DNA of 61,539 nt from Macrostomum lignano (lineage: Eukaryota), in the NCBI GenBank assembly GCA_002269645.1, contig NIVC01000770.1:1-61539 (forward strand), given 5' to 3'. The translations under genes and the position numbers were made by a program. The notes under the pieces were generated by a model that was not told the origin of the DNA, ran no database searches, and saw only the letters and a list, made by a program, of their open reading frames with translations. This document shows positions 42,001 through 51,300 of this stretch, in pieces; position 1 is the stretch's first letter, and every line of letters begins with the position of its first letter.

Positions 42001-45000
42001 CGCCAGAGCTCTTCCTCCCTAGCCAGTGCTGGTGGTACACGCTCCTCCTCGAAGTGGGCCGCCTCCTCCTCCCAGCTGACGCACTCTTCCGCGTACACGT
42101 ACATCTTGTCGAAGGCTTCGTGCTCCTGCAACAAGCCTCGCTCATCAGGCACTGGCAGGTCGGCTTCTTCTGCGGATGGCTTCTTCTTCGCCTCTTCCTC
42201 AACGGCCTCGAAGAAGTGCTTCTTCTCCTCTCGCCGCCAGAGCTCTTCCTCCCTAGCCAGTGCTGGTGGTACACGCTCCTCCTCGAAGTGGGCCGCCTCC
42301 TCCTCCCAGCTGACGCACTCTTCCGCGTACACGTACATCTTGTCGAAGGCTTCGTGCTCCTGCAACAAGCCTCGCTCATCAGGCACTGGCAGGTCGGCTT
42401 CTTCTGCGGATGGCTTCTTCTTCGCCTCTTCCTCAACGGCCTCGAAGAAGTGCTTCTTCTCCTCTCGCCGCCAGAGCTCTTCCTCCCTAGCCAGTGCTGG
42501 TGGTACACGCTCCTCCTCGAAGTGGGCCGCCTCCTCCTCCCAGCTGACGCACTCTTCCGCGTACACGTACATCTTGTCGAAGGCTTCGTGCTCCTGCAAC
42601 AAGCCTCGCTCATCAGGCACTGGCAGGTCGGCTTCTTCTGCGGATGGCTTCTTCTTCGCCTCTTCCTCAACGGCCTCGAAGAAGTGCTTCTTCTCCTCTC
42701 GCCGCCAGAGCTCTTCCTCCCTAGCCAGTGCTGGTGGTACACGCTCCTCCTCGAAGTGGGCCGCCTCCTCCTCCCAGCTGACGCACTCTTCCGCGTACAC
42801 GTACATCTTGTCGAAGGCTTCGTGCTCCTGCAACAAGCCTCGCTCATCAGGCACTGGCAGGTCGGCTTCTTCTGCGGATGGCTTCTTCTTCGCCTCTTCC
42901 TCAACGGCCTCGAAGAAGTGCTTCTTCTCCTCTCGCCGCCAGAGCTCTTCCTCCCTAGCCAGTGCTGGTGGTACACGCTCCTCCTCGAAGTGGGCCGCCT
43001 CCTCCTCCCAGCTGACGCACTCTTCCGCGTACACGTACATCTTGTCGAAGGCTTCGTGCTCCTGCAACAAGCCTCGCTCATCAGGCACTGGCAGGTCGGC
43101 TTCTTCTGCGGATGGCTTCTTCTTCGCCTCTTCCTCAACGGCCTCGAAGAAGTGCTTCTTCTCCTCTCGCCGCCAGAGCTCTTCCTCCCTAGCCAGTGCT
43201 GGTGGTACACGCTCCTCCTCGAAGTGGGCCGCCTCCTCCTCCCAGCTGACGCACTCTTCCGCGTACACGTACATCTTGTCGAAGGCTTCGTGCTCCTGCA
43301 ACAAGCCTCGCTCATCAGGCACTGGCAGGTCGGCTTCTTCTGCGGATGGCTTCTTCTTCGCCTCTTCCTCAACGGCCTCGAAGAAGTGCTTCTTCTCCTC
43401 TCGCCGCCAGAGCTCTTCCTCCCTAGCCAGTGCTGGTGGTACACGCTCCTCCTCGAAGTGGGCCGCCTCCTCCTCCCAGCTGACGCACTCTTCCGCGTAC
43501 ACGTACATCTTGTCGAAGGCTTCGTGCTCCTGCAACAAGCCTCGCTCATCAGGCACTGGCAGGTCGGCTTCTTCTGCGGATGGCTTCTTCTTCGCCTCTT
43601 CCTCAACGGCCTCGAAGAAGTGCTTCTTCTCCTCTCGCCGCCAGAGCTCTTCCTCCCTAGCCAGTGCTGGTGGTACACGCTCCTCCTCGAAGTGGGCCGC
43701 CTCCTCCTCCCAGCTGACGCACTCTTCCGCGTACACGTACATCTTGTCGAAGGCTTCGTGCTCCTGCAACAAGCCTCGCTCATCAGGCACTGGCAGGTCG
43801 GCTTCTTCTGCGGATGGCTTCTTCTTCGCCTCTTCCTCAACGGCCTCGAAGAAGTGCTTCTTCTCCTCTCGCCGCCAGAGCTCTTCCTCCCTAGCCAGTG
43901 CTGGTGGTACACGCTCCTCCTCGAAGTGGGCCGCCTCCTCCTCCCAGCTGACGCACTCTTCCGCGTACACGTACATCTTGTCGAAGGCTTCGTGCTCCTG
44001 CAACAAGCCTCGCTCATCAGGCACTGGCAGGTCGGCTTCTTCTGCGGATGGCTTCTTCTTCGCCTCTTCCTCAACGGCCTCGAAGAAGTGCTTCTTCTCC
44101 TCTCGCCGCCAGAGCTCTTCCTCCCTAGCCAGTGCTGGTGGTACACGCTCCTCCTCGAAGTGGGCCGCCTCCTCCTCCCAGCTGACGCACTCTTCCGCGT
44201 ACACGTACATCTTGTCGAAGGCTTCGTGCTCCTGCAACAAGCCTCGCTCATCAGGCACTGGCAGGTCGGCTTCTTCTGCGGATGGCTTCTTCTTCGCCTC
44301 TTCCTCAACGGCCTCGAAGAAGTGCTTCTTCTCCTCTCGCCGCCAGAGCTCTTCCTCCCTAGCCAGTGCTGGTGGTACACGCTCCTCCTCGAAGTGGGCC
44401 GCCTCCTCCTCCCAGCTGACGCACTCTTCCGCGTACACGTACATCTTGTCGAAGGCTTCGTGCTCCTGCAACAAGCCTCGCTCATCAGGCACTGGCAGGT
44501 CGGCTTCTTCTGCGGATGGCTTCTTCTTCGCCTCTTCCTCAACGGCCTCGAAGAAGTGCTTCTTCTCCTCTCGCCGCCAGAGCTCTTCCTCCCTAGCCAG
44601 TGCTGGTGGTACACGCTCCTCCTCGAAGTGGGCCGCCTCCTCCTCCCAGCTGACGCACTCTTCCGCGTACACGTACATCTTGTCGAAGGCTTCGTGCTCC
44701 TGCAACAAGCCTCGCTCATCAGGCACTGGCAGGTCGGCTTCTTCTGCGGATGGCTTCTTCTTCGCCTCTTCCTCAACGGCCTCGAAGAAGTGCTTCTTCT
44801 CCTCTCGCCGCCAGAGCTCTTCCTCCCTAGCCAGTGCTGGTGGTACACGCTCCTCCTCGAAGTGGGCCGCCTCCTCCTCCCAGCTGACGCACTCTTCCGC
44901 GTACACGTACATCTTGTCGAAGGCTTCGTGCTCCTGCAACAAGCCTCGCTCATCAGGCACTGGCAGGTCGGCTTCTTCTGCGGATGGCTTCTTCTTCGCC

Positions 45001-45206
45001 TCTTCCTCAACGGCCTCGAAGAAGTGCTTCTTCTCCTCTCGCCGCCAGAGCTCTTCCTCCCTAGCCAGTGCTGGTGGTACACGCTCCTCCTCGAAGTGGG
45101 CCGCCTCCTCCTCCCAGCTGACGCACTCTTCCGCGTACACGTACATCTTGTCGAAGGCTTCGTGCTCCTGCAACAAGCCTCGCTCATCAGGCACTGGCAG
45201 GTTGGC
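1..45206 (-). repeat. Coding tandem array, 234-bp unit, ~193 copies, open-ended at window start
   Basis: The 60-nt lines recur every 2,340 bp (e.g. lines 4621, 6961, 9301), i.e. 10 x 234 bp, and the translated unit is 78 aa. Identity to the unit ends at 45,202-45,206 (ggcaggttggc vs consensus ggcaggtcggc). Hand count of unit GC is 141/234 (60%). Confidence 0.99.
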
Positions 45207-46922
45207 CTTTTTTGCTTGTTTTCTAATTGCCTTAAAAATTTGCTTCTTTTGTAAGGGTTCGGCGATTGAGAGCGTGACTTCGTATTCAGTAACAAGGATG
45301 TGTTGAAGTTCTTGTAGTTCTGAATCGACGATGGAGCCCGTCATGATAATTTTTTTTTCTCCTTTTTTTGCTTGCTGAGTTTTTAATGGGACTAAGCTTT
45401 GTTCGAGTAGAATGTAATTTTCATCTACGTGTTCACTTATTAGATTCGAATAGAGTTCTGGAATGGATTGGATAATGTTTATTTGTTGTTCCACTTGATG
45501 GCTCAGAATAACGTTCGGTGTTATTTTTCTGAGTTCGTCTGGTTGTAACATCGTCGTAGCAGCATCGGTGAACTCAGCGCTTCCACAGTCCGGGCTTGAA
45601 ACTTTGCTGCCTTTTGTAGTTTGTAGTTCGTCGACTTTTTTAACCGATTCGTTTCTTGTCTCAGTTGTGGAAAATTCTTCAAATAATGACACAGTTGCTT
45701 CATATTCAGTAATTGTTGTTTGCTGAACGATAAGCTGTTCAGGCTTAGTAAGCAATGCCATCATAGGAACTGGTTCATGGACATCTGTAGCTTCCACCAT
45801 CTCTTCTTGGAAATCACTGTTGAAAGTGTGTAGGTGCTGCTGAGCTTGAAGGTAATGGTCATTTACTTGTTCTTGAATTAGTGTCCAAGAATCTGCTCGA
45901 ACAGATTCACGATTATTTTTTGGATGTTGAACCTGATGGTTGACAACAAGAGTACTGCTTAGTGCTGTCTGTTCCTCATCTTTTAACACAGAGATCCACT
46001 CAACCTCAAGAGTCTCCCACTCAGTGGCACATGAAGAGCCGCTTGCACTTTTATTCTGAGACAATATCACTCTATTTACCAGTTCATTGTTGCCAGACGC
46101 CTCAGTACCCCAGTGGCCTAACCAATATTTAGGTTCCTTTGTTTTTTGAGCTTCTTTTTCTACTGGCTTCGAATGAGCTTCCGATTGGGCGCTTGTCGCG
46201 ATGTTTTTGCTCATTGCACTTTCGTTGCTGGGGCGAAGTCGAACTGAGCATAGCGGGCTAATCTGGTTTTCTAGTGAGCAGCGCAGACGAAAGAAGAGAG
46301 ACTGGCTTCCTGTGGCAATGCTTGGTTGATTTTGTCTGGACTCGACTGTCTGTCTGAGTGGCATTTGTTCCAAAGCTTGCGGATGCTGCCTTGCACCAAA
46401 TGACCGCTGACTATCGACATCGTGCTCTGTAGAAACTGGAGCAGCCTGATTCTTACTGACACTCCTGTGATGGGTTGGAGCCGATTCAGACCGTGTTTCG
46501 GTCGCAATCGCAAACTGCGAATGATGTAGTTGTGGTGCTCGTTCTGATCGATAATTGCTAATGATGATTGGCAAAGGGATAGGCGGCGGTTGAGTATTTG
46601 GCAGAGCGAGTCTCACTTTCAGCTTTTTTGTACTTCTATCCGCGGCGAATTCCTGGTTGATTGAAGTATTGCGCGACGCTGAATCACTGCGCGTAGAATC
46701 AATTGTGCAGAGCAATCGAAGCTCGGCCGTGCAGGTTTGATTAGACTCCTGTATTCGAACTTTGATTGGGTTCCTATGGTAATCGAAATCAGTAGTGGAA
46801 TTTTTGTCGCCAGTAGAAGTACTTACAGCATTGAAATCACAACTAAACTCGTCTTCGACTCGAGAATCGGTCTCAGCGAAGCTCGGATGAATTCGATTTT
46901 GCTTACTTTTTCTTCGTTTCAT
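1..46922 (-). CDS. Giant Glu-rich repeat protein (unique N-terminal ~570 aa + >=190 x 78-aa repeats); titin/PEVK-like by composition only; 3' end not in window
   Basis: ATG at 46,922-46,920 opens a stop-free frame through ~1.7 kb of AT-rich unique sequence that continues in frame into the repeat. The Glu-rich frame holds to ~4,605 (~14,100 aa), where a 1-bp deletion shifts it. The same peptide continues in another frame (ORF 607..4644). The literal ORF ends at 90 only through further deletions. The true start may lie further upstream. Confidence 0.8.
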
Positions 46923-46955
46923 TTGTTGAAACTTTGGTTGTCAAGAAGAGAATTC

Positions 46956-47014
46956 CTGAAATGGGTTATTTGAACGGATGCGTGCAAAATAAAGCAGAAA
47001 AATGTAAAACTTAC
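46956..47014 (-). other. Putative 59-nt intron upstream of the giant ORF
   Basis: On the minus strand: consensus donor GTAAGT (47,014-47,009), pyrimidine-rich interior, acceptor CATTTCAG ending at 46,956. Confidence 0.6.
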
Positions 47015-47040
47015 ATGAACAGGCAATGTCGCTTTCTGGT
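47015..47040 (-). other. Putative 26-nt (or 21-nt) micro-exon of the giant gene's 5' region
   Basis: Bounded by minus-strand acceptor ACTAACATTTCCAG (with a CTAAC branch-like motif) ending at 47,041 and by the GTAAGT donor at 47,014. Confidence 0.5.
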
Positions 47041-48182
47041 CTGGAAATGTTAGTTAATAAAGGTAAAAATGAGATTAACTCTACTGTTTACGCAGAATGT
47101 GAGCTTTTATTACAAGCAGCTACGCTGATTGCTTTCAAGGCGCAAGCATTTAACTGTTAGTTCAACCCACAGACGTTTTCTGTTGAGATTCTTTCTCAGG
47201 AATTCCTTGGTTTTCTTGATAAAAATATTCAATGCATTCGTTAAACCAACGAAGACCAAAATGCAAATTTTTCCCTTTAGTTTTTGAAGAGGATGCAATT
47301 TTTTTCCTTTCGTTTTTGATGAGGACGCACTTTTTCAGATTATACAGCACGGACTACTAGCAATCGGCCGCCAGAGTTTTGTCAGTTGTCTGATTTCTCA
47401 CTTTTCCGAATTTTCCCAAATGCCATCATGATCCTTCTACTGAATTTGTCCTTTGGGGTCGTACTATAAAGATGTCGTAGCGTAAGTTCGATCGTACGTC
47501 GGAACTTTTACACTGCGGAGATAGGAGCCAAGAACGATCTTATCTGGCCGGGGATCTCAGCTCTTCTTGTATTTCTAAGCTGTGTGCTCTTGCATGGTTC
47601 CATTGATAACCAATTCATAGCTGATGAATAATCAGCTTTGAAAAATGTGTGTTTTCTAGTGCTCCCAGCTACAAGACAGTAAAACACGAATTTGGAACAG
47701 AAACGAAAAGGGCCTCTAAACACGGCTTTTTAAAATTGTATAACAAATTCCAGTGCTTCTTAAAAAAACAGGAAAAGCAGTCTTGATTTAAATAAAAATT
47801 AGAACTTTTTCTTTAAAATGAGTTTACTTTTAATTCTATTACGACAACATATTAAATGCACATTGTTTTGATTCATCTTCAACAACATTAGCTATCAGTA
47901 AGAGTACTATGACGACCTTTAGACTTGTCACTTTATCCAACCAACCAGCCAAGTAAAAATAAATTGAGAACCGAAAACGGAAGTATTATACATTAATAAG
48001 TCAAATTCAAACTTTATTCGAAGATATTTCATTACATTTACTTCTCATTCAACTTTTTTTAGCAATTGTAAGCTTGTTTTCAACCTACCAATTATAGCCT
48101 GCATATATTAAATACTCACTTCAACAATACTTAGTTCGTTATTAATTGACTCTCCAAAAGGCTTACTAACCTGAACTGAACC

Positions 48183-48305
48183 ATGCTTAAGTTGGAATCG
48201 ACTGCTTTGTTCTTATCACTGTTAGTCCTGAATTCATCTGCATTCTATTTGCCAGGATTAGCACCTGTCAATTATTGTGAACAGGAAAATGAAAATAATT
48301 GCAAG
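48183..48305 (+). CDS. TM9SF2: TM9SF2 coding exon 1 (signal peptide; missed by ORF track)
   Basis: [41 protein letters not shown] followed by donor GTAAGC at 48,306. Confidence 0.93.
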
Positions 48306-51300
48306 GTAAGCAGATTTTATTTAGAGTAACTTGCTTTTAATTCAATTCTAATCTAGTATCCTAGCTAATAACTGTATGTTAAATCAACTTAAATGGTTGT
48401 TGTGTTGAGAGATATTAAGATTGGACATTTTTTAAATTAATTAGAATAATTTAAATCAATTATTAATAATTGTTATTAATATTACACAAAATTTTATCCT
48501 AAAATATAATCATAAAAAAGTCTTTAAGGTGTCTTCATTCCTTTAAATATAAATTTGTATTTTAATAATATATATTAATAGAATGTATATAAAAGGTAAG
48601 CCTATATTTAAGCTTTTAAATTTTAGATAAAATGCAACGATACCACAAAATGTAAACCCAGCATCCAAATTAAATGCTTCCTATGGTTTTAGAATTAGTT
48701 TAGTGATAAAATACCATGAATTTATATGTTAATATAATTTATAATATATAATATAATATATTAATATATATTATCAAAAGTATCAAAAAGAAAATAGATA
48801 AACAAGTAAACTGTAAAGTAGTATTCCATTGTAAAAAAAGGTTCATGTGCCATAGCCATAGCTGTAAGCAAAACTATGGCCTTTTCTAATTCTCCATATT
48901 CCATAGTTGTAGGGATCCCAATATTATCATATTCTTATAATTCCCATAGTCATAGCCATAGTCTTAACAAAAAGTCTAAGAACCAAAATATTTTGAATCA
49001 AAAAGATAACCTGCAATCTGCAATTTGATTGAATCAAAAAGATAACCTGCAAACACTTAATTGACTTTATAAGACTATATTTTATCTTTTTTATAAAGTA
49101 ACAAATAACAATACTTAATCATTATTAAAAGTACTAATGTACAATTTTTTATATTACTAAAAGTTAGAGTTTGCTTGTGTTTTATTAAACTTTATTATGT
49201 GCAGGGCCCCTCCCGATTTCTTTATAAAATAGTCACCGTTTAGTCAATTTGAATTCATGCCAAAACTAAGAAACATATTTTGTTTTAATACTTGTATTTT
49301 CTATAATATTTTGCGCTAACAAATTTTTGTTTAAAACTGTAGCAAATTTTATAGTATAAATAGAAGCATTTTTGGCAGAGGAGAGACCAACCTCGCGCAT
49401 CGCGGTTCACTAACAAAACAGTCATATCAAAGAATAATAGTTCCAAGAAAATAAGAATTGAAGAAGTGTTTTCTATGTTGATTCTTTTTAAGAAGTGAGA
49501 GTGAAATAGACTGAAGAGTATACAGTACATACTATTGAGAAGCAGCAGTATTGAGTAGTAAGAGAATACGAAGCAGATTTGAAGTGATATGTGTAAGAAT
49601 AACCGAAGGCTGTGACCCTCTGATCTTGGTAATGCCCAAGGACTTGCAAAGTACATAAAATATATATACAGTATAGCTAGTAGACTGCTCAGGCCAAAAG
49701 TACAGTGAACGCTACTGGAATCAGAATAAACGCTACCAGAATAACAGAGGAGTAAAATCTTTCAAGGCTAATAGTTTTCTAAGAATAATACTCAGACTAA
49801 ATACTCAGACCTATTCTAAGAAATATTCTCAGACTTATTCTAAGATTAATAAACTCATAATTTATTAATAGAATAGTCTTGGTGGCAGCTACCAACATTT
49901 ATAAACAGGAGTTTAGCCCTTTGACAACTTTAGTGACAGCTGTGGAATCATTTGAAGAGACAGAAGAATCAGCCCTTTGACAACTTGGTTGCAGTAGTGG
50001 GATAATTTCAGTGAGAGCAATTACGCCTTTGACAACTTTGGTGTCAGCAGTTGAGATTTAAATAGAGAGAACAAGAAACACTTTGACAACTTGGTGTCAG
50101 CAGTTGAGATTTCTAGAGAGAGCTGAAAGGCCTATGACAATTACTATTAGGTATCAACTATAAGTTTCTAAGTCTAAAATACAATTTACCAAAGTATCTT
50201 TATTTTACTCTACCTGTTTTAATGTTTAAAACTAAAATCATTTTATTTTATAACCTCATTGCTTTCAAATTATAAAAAAAACAGTTTTTGAAAAACTTGT
50301 CACCATTTTTTGATTTTGCTATATGCATATTTTTATTATATTATCTCTTATTTAGAATACCTAAATGTTTAATTAATTCTAACTTTTTAAAATTATCATG
50401 TTGATATAATTTCAACTATAAATTTAGACACTAAGTTTAAAATCTTAGAAATCAATATCAAACTAGTAGTATATATTAATGTTGCTATACTTTGTTCTAA
50501 TTTTAGCAATTTTTTGAACATTGACAAAGACAAATTAAGCAGTTTTTCCAAAGTTAATTGCCATAAACTATCACAGCTACTATACTATATGAATATAGTA
50601 GTTGACCTGTTTACTTAAGACCCAGGCTAGGTGAGAAAAAGAAAGTTGATATTCTAATTACCAAAGAAATATTTATTCTAAGGTCTAGACATAGCCTAGG
50701 TCTATTATACATTTAAGCATAGTTTAGCTATAGTTAAGTTTATTTTAATTGGGTCAATATTAGAGGAATTTTTATGAATATATTTATTTGTGTATATGTA
50801 TATATATAGAAGATGTATATTCATATAAAACTTCTAATATTATTTATTCAAATAATGAAGTATAATATAATTGAATGCTAAATATTTTTGAGAACTATTG
50901 CCCTGATCTATTATTTTAATAGTATATTTGAGCTCATATATTGTTATAGGCATAAATACAAGTCCAATTTTACTTTTATATGAATATATAGTTTATTTAC
51001 ATTTTCTTTGCTTGTAAAATTTAAATGGTGGCTTTATAGTTCTATTCTATTTAGCTGCTTAGATCAAAATGAAATTTCTTATTATTAGTAATCAAAACAA
51101 ATTGTCCTTACAAGTTCTAGCTTAGTATTGATAAATACATTTTACTACTATGCAGGGTAAAATAGTATTTTTATCTTAAAAATAATACAAGTTTAACATA
51201 TTTAAGTCCACAATCTCTTAAATATGGCTATACATTCATAGATGACAATAATTGGCAAAATTATTGTTTTACCAATGCTTATCCATGCTATCCAATTGCT

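Larger units (their letters stand above)
46923..48182. promoter_or_regulatory. Divergent interval between the giant gene and TM9SF2; inferred shared promoter/5'UTR region
   Basis: Start codons point away from each other 1,260 bp apart. No specific promoter element was identified. Confidence 0.45.

Noticed and set aside
1-45206. Isoform length tuning by splicing within the array
   Set aside because: The unit has donor-like (GTACGT) and acceptor-like (TTGTTGCAG, CTGCCAG) words, but the best-looking pairs I tried are out of phase and hit stops. No support without RNA data.
4580-45295. 13,571-aa Arg/Ser-rich minus-strand ORF as an independent gene
   Set aside because: Shifted frame of the same repeat with only ~30 codons outside the array; kept only as a frameshift-consequence finding.
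67-45306. Giant plus-strand ORFs (Ser-rich 67..45306; Leu-rich 4587..45254; 692..4639)
   Set aside because: Antisense shadows of the Glu-rich repeat (GAG/GAA reverse-complement to CTC/TTC and TCC/TCT). They close within ~100 nt of leaving the array, whereas the Glu-rich frame continues 1.7 kb into unique sequence.
47110-49656. Small ORFs 47110..47298, 47162..47350, 47508..47723 and 49285..49656 as genes
   Set aside because: Short, the two checked (47298, 47350) start at non-ATG codons, low complexity or AT-rich, no recognisable domains; the 47.1-47.3-kb region is discussed only as possible upstream exons.
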